Below are positions 35,281 to 49,413 of a stretch of DNA of 64,000 nucleotides, piece after piece. The notes beneath the pieces were generated by a model, which saw nothing but the letters and a program-made list of their open reading frames with translations, was not told where the DNA came from and did no database searches. Both the position numbers and the translations under genes were made by a program. This stretch comes from Escherichia coli (GTDB lineage Bacteria; Pseudomonadota; Gammaproteobacteria; Enterobacterales; Enterobacteriaceae): the NCBI RefSeq assembly GCF_001677475.2, contig NZ_CP015229.1, one strand, 5' to 3'. How positions within the stretch are numbered: position 1 is the stretch's first letter; every line of letters starts with the position of its first letter.

Positions 35281-36165
35281 CTATTGCTGGTCCGATTCTG
35301 CCAGGTCATCTTGGTCCTGGCCCAGGAGCGATAATTCCAACAATGCGTATCGGTGCTCAACAAAGTTATGAACGTTGTTGGCAACCGCCAGTTTGAACAG
35401 TGCCGTGGCGCTGTCCAAATCCCCCAGACTTAGGTAGTACTTACCTAAATAGAAGTTGGTTTCACTGAGATGCTCAGCGAGCGAGGTGTTATCCGTTGCG
35501 TCCGCCTTGAGCCTTTCCATTAACGTTTGTTCGCTAATGTTGCCCAGGTAGAACTCGACAATGTTCCATCCCCACTGTTCCTTATCCGATTTTTCGAAGT
35601 GCTGTTTCAACACTTCTTTAGCCTGCTTCTCATCGAGCTTCTGCTCGGCGAGATAAAGCCACAGACTACGGAAAGGATCATTGGGATCGTCTTGATAAAA
35701 CGCCAGCAGATCATCTTGCGCTAACTTGTCACGACCGCCGTAATATAATGCGATCCCGCGATTCAAGTGCGCGTAGTTGTAAGTTGGATCAAGCTCAAGT
35801 ACAGAATCAAACGCTTCATAGGCAGCATCAAAATTGCCTGCCTGCGTTAAATATATGCCTAAGTAATTGAATACTTCAGGCATATCCGGTCGGATTGCCA
35901 GCGCTTGCGAAAAATCGTTACGCGCTAATGCCCTCAGACCGAGACTATCATACAACACTCCGCGCTCATATAAAAGCTGTGCGCGTTCGTCATCGGTTAA
36001 AGCCCGACTGGCAAGGATTTGTTCCATACGTGCCAGAATCACTTCCTGCTGTAAAGTCGGTTGCAATGGTACCGCGAGGACTTCACTTTTACGCCAGGAA
36101 GTATTACTGCATCCTGCAAGCGTAAGTGCTGTCGCAACGAAACACCAGCGCAAAAAAGGCTTCAT
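35281..36165 (-). CDS. nlpI: TPR-repeat lipoprotein NlpI, 294 aa
   Basis: [21 protein letters not shown] lipoprotein signal; TPR repeats. Confidence 0.93.
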
Positions 36166-36273
36166 TTCCCACTCCCGAAGACCACGGTTGAATGAACGTC
36201 CTGTTCCCGGTTGCTAACAAGGCGTCCTGCCCGGTTAAAAGCCCCCCGCCGCAGCGGAGGGCAAATGGCAACC

Positions 36274-38409
36274 TTACTCGCCCTGTTCAGCAGCCGGAGC
36301 TTCCGGTGCTGCAGCAGGTTGAGACTGCTCAGTCGCTTCTTTAATGCTCAGACGGATACGGCCCTGGCGATCAACTTCCAGAACTTTCACCGGTACTTCC
36401 TGACCCATCTGCAGGTAATCGGTCACTTTCTCAACGCGTTTGTCAGCGATCTGAGAGATGTGTACCAGACCTTCTTTACCGCCGCCGATGGCAACAAATG
36501 CGCCAAAGTCAACTATACGGGTCACTTTACCATTGTAGACGCGGCCCACTTCGATTTCTGCAGTGATCTCTTCGATACGACGAATAGCATGTTTCGCTTT
36601 CTCGCCGTCGGTCGCTGCGATTTTCACAGTACCGTCATCTTCGATTTCGATGGTGGTGCCAGTTTCTTCGGTCAGAGCACGGATAACAGAACCGCCTTTA
36701 CCGATAACGTCTTTGATCTTGTCCGGGTTGATCTTGATGGTATGGATACGCGGAGCGAACTCAGAGATATCGCCGCGCGGCGCGTTGATCGCCTGTTCCA
36801 TTACGCCCAGGATATGCAGACGCGCACCTTTAGCCTGGTTCAGTGCAACCTGCATGATCTCTTTGGTGATACCTTCAATTTTGATATCCATCTGCAATGC
36901 AGAGATACCGTCGCGGGAACCCGCAACTTTGAAGTCCATATCGCCCAGGTGATCTTCGTCGCCTAAAATGTCAGACAGTACAACGTAGTTGTCGCCTTCT
37001 TTCACCAGACCCATTGCGATACCCGCAACAGCAGCTTTGATCGGCACACCTGCGTCCATCAGCGCCAGAGACGCGCCGCACACGGAAGCCATAGAAGAAG
37101 AACCGTTGGATTCGGTGATTTCAGACACTACACGTACGGTGTACGGGAATTTGTCCATATCCGGCATGACTGCCAGCACGCCGCGCTTCGCCAGACGACC
37201 GTGACCAATTTCACGACGCTTCGGAGAACCGACCATGCCGGTTTCGCCTACGGAGTACGGAGGGAAGTTGTAGTGGAACAGGAAGGTGTCAGTACGTTCG
37301 CCCATCAGTTCATCAAGAACCTGCGCGTCACGAGCAGTACCCAGCGTTGCGGTAACCAGCGCCTGCGTTTCACCACGGGTGAACAGCGCAGAACCGTGAG
37401 TACGCGGCAGCACGCCAGTACGCACATCCAGACCACGGATCATATCTTTTTCACGACCATCGATACGCGGTTCGCCTGCCAGTACGCGGCTACGAACAAC
37501 GTTTTTCTCGATCGCGTGCAGAATTTCACCCAGTTCGTTTTCGTCCAGGGTTTCGTCTTCAGCAAGCAGCGTCGCGATGGTTTCAGATTTGATGACATCA
37601 ACCTGCGCATAACGCTCTTGTTTGTCGGTGATGCGGTAAGCATCACTCAGACGAGCTTCAGCCAGTGCAGCAACGCGCGCGTTCAGCGCTTCGTTTACCG
37701 GCTCCGGCTGCCAGTCCCAACGCGGTTTACCGGCTTCTTTCACCAGTTCATTGATGTTCTGAATAACAACCTGCTGTTGTTCATGACCGAACACTACTGC
37801 GCCCAGCATCTGGTCTTCACTCAGCAGTTCAGCTTCAGATTCAACCATCAGTACAGCGGCTTCAGTACCCGCAACAACCAGATCCAGTTTGCTCTCTTTC
37901 AGCTCGTCCTGAGTCGGGTTCAGTACGTACTGGTCATTGATGTAACCTACGCGGGCAGCACCAATCGGACCATTGAACGGAATACCAGACAGAGACAGTG
38001 CTGCGGAAGCACCAATCATCGCGACGATATCCGGGTTAACTTGCGGGTTAACAGAAACCACGGTGGCGATAACCTGAACTTCGTTGACGAAGCCTTCCGG
38101 GAACAGCGGGCGAATCGGGCGGTCAATCAGACGCGCGATCAGGGTTTCGCCTTCGCTTGGGCGGCCTTCACGACGGAAGAAGCTACCCGGGATACGACCA
38201 GCAGCGTAGGTACGCTCCTGATAGTTAACGGTCAGTGGGAAGAAGTCCTGACCTGGTTTGGCTTTTTTCTGGCCAACAACGGTAACAAATACCGCGGTGT
38301 CATCCATGCTAACCATAACAGCGGCAGTAGCCTGACGAGCCATCATGCCGGTTTCCAGAGTCACGGTGTGTTGGCCGTACTGGAATTTACGAACGATCGG
38401 ATTAAGCAA
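36274..38409 (-). CDS. pnp: Polynucleotide phosphorylase, 711 aa, UUG start
   Basis: ORF track extends to 38496; conserved N-terminus [20 protein letters not shown] begins at the in-frame TTG at 38407-38409; KH and S1 domains at the C-terminus. Confidence 0.92.
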   Translation of the reverse strand: MLNPIVRKFQYGQHTVTLETGMMARQATAAVMVSMDDTAVFVTVVGQKKAKPGQDFFPLTVNYQERTYAAGRIPGSFFRREGRPSEGETLIARLIDRPIRPLFPEGFVNEVQVIATVVSVNPQVNPDIVAMIGASAALSLSGIPFNGPIGAARVGYINDQYVLNPTQDELKESKLDLVVAGTEAAVLMVESEAELLSEDQMLGAVVFGHEQQQVVIQNINELVKEAGKPRWDWQPEPVNEALNARVAALAEARLSDAYRITDKQERYAQVDVIKSETIATLLAEDETLDENELGEILHAIEKNVVRSRVLAGEPRIDGREKDMIRGLDVRTGVLPRTHGSALFTRGETQALVTATLGTARDAQVLDELMGERTDTFLFHYNFPPYSVGETGMVGSPKRREIGHGRLAKRGVLAVMPDMDKFPYTVRVVSEITESNGSSSMASVCGASLALMDAGVPIKAAVAGIAMGLVKEGDNYVVLSDILGDEDHLGDMDFKVAGSRDGISALQMDIKIEGITKEIMQVALNQAKGARLHILGVMEQAINAPRGDISEFAPRIHTIKINPDKIKDVIGKGGSVIRALTEETGTTIEIEDDGTVKIAATDGEKAKHAIRRIEEITAEIEVGRVYNGKVTRIVDFGAFVAIGGGKEGLVHISQIADKRVEKVTDYLQMGQEVPVKVLEVDRQGRIRLSIKEATEQSQPAAAPEAPAAEQGE

Positions 38410-38611
38410 TGTAATATCCTTTCTCTTTCTTAGACAGTACCTTACGGCACTGGTGTTAATACCCGATCTTCTGCGCATCCTCGCGACTAATGACAACCCT
38501 AACCCAGCTCTATGTGGGTAAAGCCTCTCATTAGCCGCGCGAACCTCTGCAACGGAAGATCATTCATAGCAACAATACATTAGTTTCCAGTGAATTGCTG
38601 CCGTCAGCTTG

Positions 38612-38635
38612 AAAAAAGGGGCCACTCAGGCCCCC
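38612..38635 (-). terminator. rpsO intrinsic terminator
   Basis: Minus strand: ggggcc-tgagt-ggcccc hairpin followed by tttttt, 20 nt after the rpsO stop. Confidence 0.8.
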
Positions 38636-38655
38636 TTTTCTGAAACTCGCAAGAA

Positions 38656-39021
<366 letters not shown>

Positions 39022-39073
39022 TTAAGCGGCAGTATTCTACTCGTAGCGACCTGTTATCGCAAGACGGTTAACA

Positions 39074-40018
39074 TTACGCCGGGTATTCAACCACCAGGCG
39101 ACGAGGCGCAACGCGGCCTTCATCGTCAATTTCGCCCATACCGATAAATTTGCCGTTCTCACCTTCCGTGACGCGAACCAGTCCTTCCAGCGGCGCACCG
39201 GATGTACGAACCGGGTTACCATTTTTGAAGTAAACAGAAGACGTTAACGGAAGATTCACCACCGGATAGTCCGAAGCTGGACTGTCCATTGGCATCAGTA
39301 ATGGATCAAGTAACTCCGCAGCCGGAATATCCTGCTGTTCAGCTTGTTCGACCAGTTCACGCAGATGTTCCAGGGTCACCATCCGTTCAACTGGATATTT
39401 ACTTACCGCCAGACGACGCAGGTAAATAACATGCGCGCCACAACCGAGTTTTTCACCCAGGTCGTCAATGATAGTGCGGATATAAGTACCTTTTGAGCAG
39501 TGAATTTCCAGCTCCAGCTCATTGCCTTCATGGCGAATAAACAGCAATTCATAAACGGTAATCGGACGCGCTTCACGCGGAACTTCAATGCCCTGACGCG
39601 CGTATTCGTACAGTTTTTTGCCCTGATATTTCAGTGCTGAATACATCGAAGGGATCTGTTCGATATCGCCACGGAAGGTATCCAGCGCCGCCGCCAGTTG
39701 CTCTGCACTAAAGGTTACCGGACGTTCTTCAACGATTTGTCCATCGGCATCGGAAGTATCGGTACGCTGTCCAAGACGCGCAATCACCCGATAGCGTTTG
39801 TCGGAGTCCAGCAGATACTGGGAAAACTTCGTCGCTTCCCCGAGGCAAATCGGCAACATGCCAGTTGCCAGCGGGTCCAGCGCGCCGGTGTGTCCGGCAC
39901 GGTTGGCGTTATATATACGTTTCACTTTTTGCAGCGCATCGTTGCTGGACATACCCTGCGGTTTATCCAGCAACAAAACGCCGTTAATGTCGCGACCGCG
40001 ACGACGAGGACGACTCAT
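39074..40018 (-). CDS. truB: tRNA pseudouridine-55 synthase, 314 aa
   Basis: 314 aa; ATG overlaps the rbfA stop by 1 nt. Confidence 0.95.
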
Positions 40019-40419
40019 TAGTCCTCCTTGCTGTCGTCCGGGTTAACACGACGTTCTTCGTCATGTTTGACCACGCTGGTCACCAGGTTTGACATGCGCA
40101 TCCCTTCAACCAGCGAGTTGTCGTAGAAGAAGGTCAGTTCCGGCACGATACGCAGGCGCATCGCTTTCCCCAGCAGGCTGCGGATGAAACCAGAAGCTTC
40201 CTGCAACGCTTTGATGCCCGCTTTAACCGCGTCTTCATCTTTGTCGTTGAGGAATGTCACATATACTTTGGCATACGCCAGGTCGCGAGACATTTCGACA
40301 CCGGAAACGGTGGTCATCATGCCCAGGCGAGGATCTTTAATTTCACGCTGCAGGATGAGAGCGATCTCTTTTTGCATTTCCTGCGCTACGCGCTGCGGGC
40401 GACCAAATTCTTTCGCCAT
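40018..40419 (-). CDS. rbfA: Ribosome-binding factor A, 133 aa
   Basis: Start at internal ATG ([33 protein letters not shown]) preceded by an aggag SD. Confidence 0.95.
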
Positions 40420-40435
40420 AATAAATTCTCCTGAC

Positions 40436-40461
40436 AAAAAAGGGGCTGTTAGCCCCTTTTT
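40436..40461 (-). terminator. Hairpin and T-run immediately upstream of the rbfA SD (putative partial terminator/attenuator after infB)
   Basis: Minus strand: aggggctaacagcccct followed by ttttt, then gtcaggagaatttatt ATG. Confidence 0.55.
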
Positions 40462-40494
40462 AAAATTAATTTCAGGTGGAAGGGCTGTTCACGT

Positions 40495-40572
40495 TGGCCT
40501 GATAAGACGCGCCAGCGTCGCATCAGGCAATCCATGCCGGATGCGGCGTAAACGCCTTATCCCGCATGGAAC
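40495..40572. repeat. REP/BIME element between infB and rbfA
   Basis: gcctgataagacgcgccagcgtcgcatcaggc and tgccggatgcggcgtaaacgccttatcccgcatgg. Confidence 0.85.
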
Positions 40573-40582
40573 CCTAAAAACC

Positions 40583-43255
40583 TTAAGCGATGGTACGTTG
40601 GATTTCGATGATTTCGAATACTTCGATCACATCGCCAGTGCGGACGTCGTTGTAGTTCTTAACGCCGATACCACATTCCATACCGTTACGGACTTCGTTA
40701 ACGTCATCTTTGAAGCGGCGCAGGGACTCCAGCTCGCCTTCGTAGATAACCACGTTGTCGCGCAGAACGCGGATCGGGTTGTGACGTTTAACCACACCTT
40801 CGGTAACCATACAACCTGCGATGGCACCAAATTTCGGTGATTTGAATACGTCACGAACTTCCGCCAGACCGATAATCTGTTGTTTCAGTTCCGGAGACAG
40901 CATACCGCTCATTGCCGCTTTCACTTCGTCGATCAGGTTATAGATGACGGAGTAGTAACGCAGATCCAGGCTTTCCGCTTCAATCACTTTACGTGCAGAG
41001 GCATCAGCACGTACGTTGAAGCCAACCAGGATGGCGTTGGACGCCGCAGCCAGGGTAGCGTCGGTTTCGGTGATACCACCTACGCCAGAACCGATGATCT
41101 TCACTTTAACTTCGTCAGTAGACAGTTTCAGCAAGGAGTCGGAGATAGCTTCCACAGAACCCTGTACGTCTGCCTTCAGGACGATATTCACTTCGTGAAC
41201 TTCGCCTTCGGTCATGTTGGCGAACATGTTCTCGAGTTTAGATTTCTGCTGACGCGCCAGTTTAACTTCGCGGAATTTACCCTGACGATAGAGTGCAACT
41301 TCACGCGCTTTCTTCTCGTCACGTACAACGGTAACTTCATCACCCGCAGCCGGAACGCCGGACAGGCCGAGGATTTCCACCGGAATGGACGGACCCGCTT
41401 CCAGCACTTCCTGACCCAGTTCGTTACGCATCGCACGAACACGACCGTATTCGAAGCCACACAGAACGATATCGCCCTTGTGCAGAGTACCTTCACGTAC
41501 CAGAACGGTAGCAACCGGACCACGACCTTTATCGAGGAAGGATTCGATAACCGCACCGCTCGCCATGCCTTTACGTACCGCTTTCAGTTCCAGAACTTCC
41601 GCCTGCAGCAGGATAGCGTCCAGCAGCTCATCGATACCAGTACCCGCTTTCGCAGACACATGTACGAACTGGCTTTCACCGCCCCACTCTTCCGGCAGGA
41701 TGCCGTACTGGGAGAGTTCGTTCTTAACGCGATCCGGATCGGCTTCTGGTTTATCGATCTTGTTCACTGCAACGACCACCGGAACCTGCGCCGCTTTCGC
41801 GTGCTGGATTGCTTCGATGGTCTGCGGCATTACGCCGTCGTCGGCAGCAACAACCAGGACTACGATGTCCGTTGCCTGCGCACCACGAGCACGCATTGAA
41901 GTAAACGCGGCGTGCCCCGGGGTGTCCAGGAAGGTGATCATGCCGTTTTCAGTTTCAACGTGGTATGCACCAATGTGCTGGGTAATGCCGCCCGCTTCGC
42001 CAGAGGCCACTTTCGTTGAACGAATGTAGTCCAGCAGAGAGGTTTTACCGTGGTCAACGTGACCCATGATGGTCACAACCGGCGCGCGCGGTTCAGCCGC
42101 TGCCCCCGTGTCACGGTCGCTCATTACCGCTTCTTCCAGCTCGTTTTCACGACGCAGGATAACTTTGTGGCCCATCTCTTCAGCAACCAGCTGTGCGGTT
42201 TCCTGATCGATAACCTGGTTGATGGTTGCCATTGCGCCCAGTTTCATCATCGCTTTGATGACCTGAGAGCCTTTAACAGCCATCTTGTTCGCCAGTTCGC
42301 CAACGGTGATGGTTTCGCCGATCACAACGTCACGGTTAACGGCCTGAGCAGGCTTCTGGAAGCCTTGCTGCAGCGAAGAACCTTTACGTTTTCCGCCTTT
42401 ACCGCCACGTACTGCTGCGCGTGCTTCTTCACGATCAGCTTTTGATTCAGCGTGTTTGTTGCCTTTCTTCGGACGCGCAGCTTTCGCGTTACGACCACGG
42501 CCACGGCCGCCTTCGACTTCACGATCGCTTTCGTCTTCTGCCTGGCGAGCATGTTGAGAAGTAGTGACGTGATAATCGCTGGAATCTTCAGTCGGTTCCG
42601 CGTTATCAGTCCATTTGTTTTCTTCCGCCATACGACGTGCTTCTTCAGCAACGCGACGTGCTTCTTCTTCGAGTTTACGACGCGCTTCTTCTTCGGCTTT
42701 ACGCTTGAGCTCTGCAGCTTCCTGCTCACGGCGGGCTTTTTCAGCCTGGGCGTTTTTAGTCATATCGTCTTGTTGATTGCTCACTTTGTCTTTTTCCGCA
42801 GCTTCACGTTTCGCTTGTTCAGCAGCTTCACGCTTAGCTTGTTCTGCGGCCTCACGTTCAGCTTTTTGTTGCGCCTCGCGTTTAGCCGATTCTTCTGCCT
42901 CACGACGGGCTTGCTCTTCCGCTTCACGCTGCGCTTGCTCTTCCGCTGCAAGGCGTTCAGCCTCTTGCGGATCGCGTTTCACAAAGGTGCGTTTCTTGCG
43001 GACTTCGATTTGTACCGATTTGCTTTTTCCACCGGTACCAGGAATGTTAAGGGTGCTGCGTGTTTTACGTTGCAGCGTCAATTTGTCCGGGCCTGAATTT
43101 TTCTGATTCAGGTGGTCAATCAAAGTCTGTTTCTCTTGTGCGGACACAGAGTCGTCAGCAGACTTCCGGATACCTGCATCAGCAAATTGCTGTACCAGGC
43201 GTTCCACGGAGGTCTGTCGCTCTGCGGCCAGCGTTTTAATCGTTACATCTGTCAT
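40583..43255 (-). CDS. infB: Translation initiation factor IF-2, 890 aa
   Basis: 890 aa; Glu/Ala/Arg/Lys-rich N-terminal region; GTPase G-motifs (GHVDHGKT); in-frame internal GTG (codon 158) and ATG (codon 165). Confidence 0.97.
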
Positions 43256-43279
43256 GCTGTTCCTTCCTGCTACAGTTTA

Positions 43280-44767
<1,488 letters not shown>

Positions 44768-44794
44768 CGCGGGCTTTTCACCTCATCCAGACTA

Positions 44795-45247
44795 TTAAAA
44801 GTGGGGAACCAGGTTCGCCTTCTGGATATTACTCAGCGCGAACACTTCATCTTTACCTTCGACGGTAACTGTGATCATTTCACCGTCTACCGCTTTGATA
44901 ACGCCCTGCCATTTGCGACGGTTTTGTACCGCCATACGGAGAACCAAAGTCACCTCTTCTCCGACAAAACGGGCGTAGTGTTCAGCCGTGAACAGTGGGC
45001 GATCGAGACCCGGTGAGGAGACTTCCAGGTTATAAGCAACGGTGATGGGATCTTCAACATCCAGCACAGCACTTACCTGGTGGCTCACATCAGCACAATC
45101 ATCAACATTGATGCCATCTTCACTATCAATATAGATGCGCAGTGTGGATGTGCGACCGCGAATAAATTCGATGCCAACCAGTTCAAAACCCAGGGCCTCA
45201 ACTGGCGCAGTAATCATCTCTGTTAATTTTTGCTCTAATGTGGACAA
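44795..45247 (-). CDS. rimP: Ribosome maturation factor RimP, about 150 aa
   Basis: Conserved protein begins ...[24 protein letters not shown]; no in-frame ATG, candidate TTG/GTG starts at 45259, 45253 and 45247; I take 45247. Confidence 0.85.
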
Positions 45248-45263
45248 GCCCACCCCCAAGACA

Positions 45264-45284
45264 TAAAAAAAGGGCCTAAAGCCC
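45264..45284 (-). terminator. Hairpin and T-run directly upstream of rimP
   Basis: Minus strand: gggctttaggccc followed by ttttttt. Confidence 0.55.
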
Positions 45285-45305
45285 AGTTATTCTGTAGTCA
45301 GATAA

Positions 45306-45328
45306 CAAAAAACCCCGATAAATCGGGG
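45306..45328 (-). terminator. Intrinsic terminator downstream of metY
   Basis: Minus strand: ccccgatttatcgggg followed by ttttttg. Confidence 0.65.
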
Positions 45329-45453
45329 CTTTATATAACTGAACCCTATAACCGCAACTGCGGTCTGGAGCACTTTCCAGAAGGATTTTTTCAAATCCCA
45401 CTACGAAGGCCGAAGTCTTCACAGTATATTTGAAAAAGGACTCTAAGGGAAAG

Positions 45454-45530
<77 letters not shown>

Positions 45531-45790
45531 CCTGAAACGTGGCAAATTCTACTCGTTTTGGGTAAAAAATGCAAATACTGCTGGGATTTGGTGTACCGAG
45601 ACGGGACGTAAAATCTGTAGGCATTATAGTGATCCATGCCACATTTTGTCAACGTTTATTGCTAATCACGTGAATGAATATCCAGTTCACTTTCATTTGT
45701 TGAATACTTTTGCCTTCTCCTGCTCTCCCTTAAGCGCATTATTTTACAAAAAACACACTAAACTCTTCCTGTCTCCGATAAAAGATGATT

Positions 45791-45826
45791 AAATGAAAAC
45801 TCATTTATTTTGCATAAAAATTCAGT
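45791..45826 (+). promoter_or_regulatory. Tandem ARG-box-like palindromes (ArgR operator) upstream of argG
   Basis: aaatgaaaactcattt (palindromic) and ttgcataaaaattcag, close to the TGAAT(A/T)4ATTCA consensus as I recall it, about 55 bp upstream of the argG ATG. Confidence 0.5.
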
Positions 45827-45862
45827 GAGAGCGGAAATCCAGGCTCATCATCAGTTAATTAA

Positions 45863-47221
<1,359 letters not shown>

Positions 47222-47228
47222 TTCGACA

Positions 47229-48854
47229 TCAACCCTGCCCTTCAGGGGTGGGGTTACCTTGCTTATCCTCTGTAAACTCCTTTCTGAGCATCACATAATC
47301 GAAAACATCATGGTTTGCATCCACAACCCGTGAGTCTCCTTTATAGTGTGCAATCACTTCCTCAAGCGTTTGTGGCTGTTCCGGCTTTGTTACCCCCATC
47401 CACGCATTAATAAGGTAATTATTGTAAGCTGTCGAAAAGATGTTGTTTTCCGTTGTGCGATCCACGCCATCCCCAAGAACGGGGCTATACCAGATAAACA
47501 TCGGGACATGATATGCCTGCTGGCTAGCCTCCCTGCCTCCATGAAAATAGACGTTCTTCTTCGTAGGGTCACGTTCCAGGCCGTGGTCGGCAAAATACAT
47601 GACCGAGGCGCGGCGATCTTTTAATAATTCAAAAACCTGACCTAGCAAACTATCTGTGTAATGAATGGAGTTGTCATAGCAGGCATCCTGATCGTCCTGC
47701 GGTTGAAACACGGCGCTGGATTGCGGATAGGCGCTACAAGCCGGTTCATGGCTTCCATTTAAATGAAGAACAATCAGTTTCTTTTGCTGCATATTTTGCT
47801 GTAACGCTTGCGATAAATGCGGCAACAACAATTCATCAAATCCTCTGACATAGACTGTTTCCATGGCGCGCATGGCGATACTGGTAACTGCTGTACCATT
47901 CTGCCGAAAAGCGGATTGCGAGCTTAGCCAGAAAGTCTGAAATCCTGCCTGATTAGCCATATTAATAATGTTGTCGGGGTAATTATGAATGTCATGGCTC
48001 AAAACGGAATCAGCAGTTAAAGAAAGGGGAACCGACAGCGCAGTGTAAGGTGCACCGCTTATTGCTTGATTAAACAGTTTGATCTGTTTTCTTTGTGCTT
48101 CGACTTGCGGTGTCGTAGAGCGTGTATATCCATACAAAGACATATTGTCGACACGTACAGACTCCCCCACAATCAACACGTAGGTATCAATACCTGTATC
48201 CCTGACTGATAATTGAAAATACGGCACCGTGTTTGCAATTGAGAGTAATCTTTGATGCTCTTTCGCTGCTAAAGCAAAATAATTGAGATTGAAAAACGGA
48301 GTATAGGTAGCAAATCGCGACGCTAGTATATATGGACTGAATGCTTTTTTATTTTTTGCATCTTTATAAGCAAATTGACAAGCAGAAAATAAACTGCCCG
48401 AAATGACAATCAGCAATAATATTCCTGTCACTTTTTTTGTCGGTAAGGAAACATCATATTTTATTATTACTGCCAAAAAAAGAAGGGATAAAAAAGCAAA
48501 AGCACATAGATAAGGGATATACATCCCCAGCATTTTGACAACTTCATCCGGATCACTCTGGAGCACACTAATCGCAAATCCATCATTGAAAGTTGTACCA
48601 AAGGTACACCATGAATAGAGGCTAATACTCATGTCTGCCGCAGTCAGTAACACAAATGGTGCGGCAACAAGCAGGCGAAGCGGAAGGGGTGATATACGTT
48701 TAACAACCAGGATGGTCAGGACGAAGAACAGCAATCGCTGAACCATATGCGCTCCGGAAGAGGCGACTAAGTTCGTAATACCAAAAACAATAACACAAAG
48801 ATACAACAACCAATGAGATTTAAAACTTCTAGCAAATTTGTTGAATACTGTCAT
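47229..48854 (-). CDS. yhbX: Inner-membrane sulfatase-fold protein of the phosphoethanolamine-transferase (EptA-like) family, 541 aa
   Basis: Start at internal ATG (MTVFNKFARSFKSHWLLYL); N-terminal transmembrane segments and C-terminal sulfatase-like domain. Confidence 0.88.
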   Translation of the reverse strand: MTVFNKFARSFKSHWLLYLCVIVFGITNLVASSGAHMVQRLLFFVLTILVVKRISPLPLRLLVAAPFVLLTAADMSISLYSWCTFGTTFNDGFAISVLQSDPDEVVKMLGMYIPYLCAFAFLSLLFLAVIIKYDVSLPTKKVTGILLLIVISGSLFSACQFAYKDAKNKKAFSPYILASRFATYTPFFNLNYFALAAKEHQRLLSIANTVPYFQLSVRDTGIDTYVLIVGESVRVDNMSLYGYTRSTTPQVEAQRKQIKLFNQAISGAPYTALSVPLSLTADSVLSHDIHNYPDNIINMANQAGFQTFWLSSQSAFRQNGTAVTSIAMRAMETVYVRGFDELLLPHLSQALQQNMQQKKLIVLHLNGSHEPACSAYPQSSAVFQPQDDQDACYDNSIHYTDSLLGQVFELLKDRRASVMYFADHGLERDPTKKNVYFHGGREASQQAYHVPMFIWYSPVLGDGVDRTTENNIFSTAYNNYLINAWMGVTKPEQPQTLEEVIAHYKGDSRVVDANHDVFDYVMLRKEFTEDKQGNPTPEGQG

Positions 48855-49276
48855 CCAGAAATCCAAGTTCACAACCAATATAAACAATTATCAACAATGT
48901 TCAATTTTATATCAGACATGTTTTTCAACTCTGATCCATATCAGAACGAAACACTGTTAGTTTTTTCTTTTTAAATGATGCGGCCATTGCGTTCTCAGTA
49001 ATTAAATAACATTATCAATGCGTCTCTAAACATTACGCAGAACGTAGCCATCAGTAGTTATACTGACAGGAGCAGGATGGTTTATCGAGAAGTAAACATA
49101 TCCGTATTCGTACCGGAACTGGAGTTGACACAATAAAGTGCCAATTATGTCAGCAGAAGGGAAAAATTTATAACTAAGGCGTACCGGCACCATCGTTTCA
49201 AGGTACCAGCTACGAGTAAAGCAACTGGACGAGATACAGATACCTGACTACCATTCCTCAGACCAGGACCAAAACG

Positions 49277-49299
49277 AAAAAAGACGCTTTTCAGCGTCT
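49277..49299 (-). terminator. Intrinsic terminator of the secG-leuU transcript
   Basis: Minus strand: agacgctgaaaagcgtct followed by tttttt, 14 nt after the leuU 3' end. Confidence 0.8.
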
Positions 49300-49312
49300 C
49301 TTTTCTGGAATT

Positions 49313-49399
49313 TGGTACCGAGGACGGGACTTGAACCCGTAAGCCCTATTGGGCACTACCACCTCAAGGTAGCGTGTCTACCAATTCCACCACCTCGGC
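49313..49399 (-). tRNA. leuU: tRNA-Leu, 87 nt, long variable arm
   Basis: Reverse complement reads GCCGAGGTGGTGGAATTGGTAGACACGCTACCTTGAGGTGGTAGTGCCCAATAGGGCTTACGGGTTCAAGTCCCGTCCTCGGTACCA. Confidence 0.93.
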
Positions 49400-49413
49400 A
49401 CGGATACTACTTT

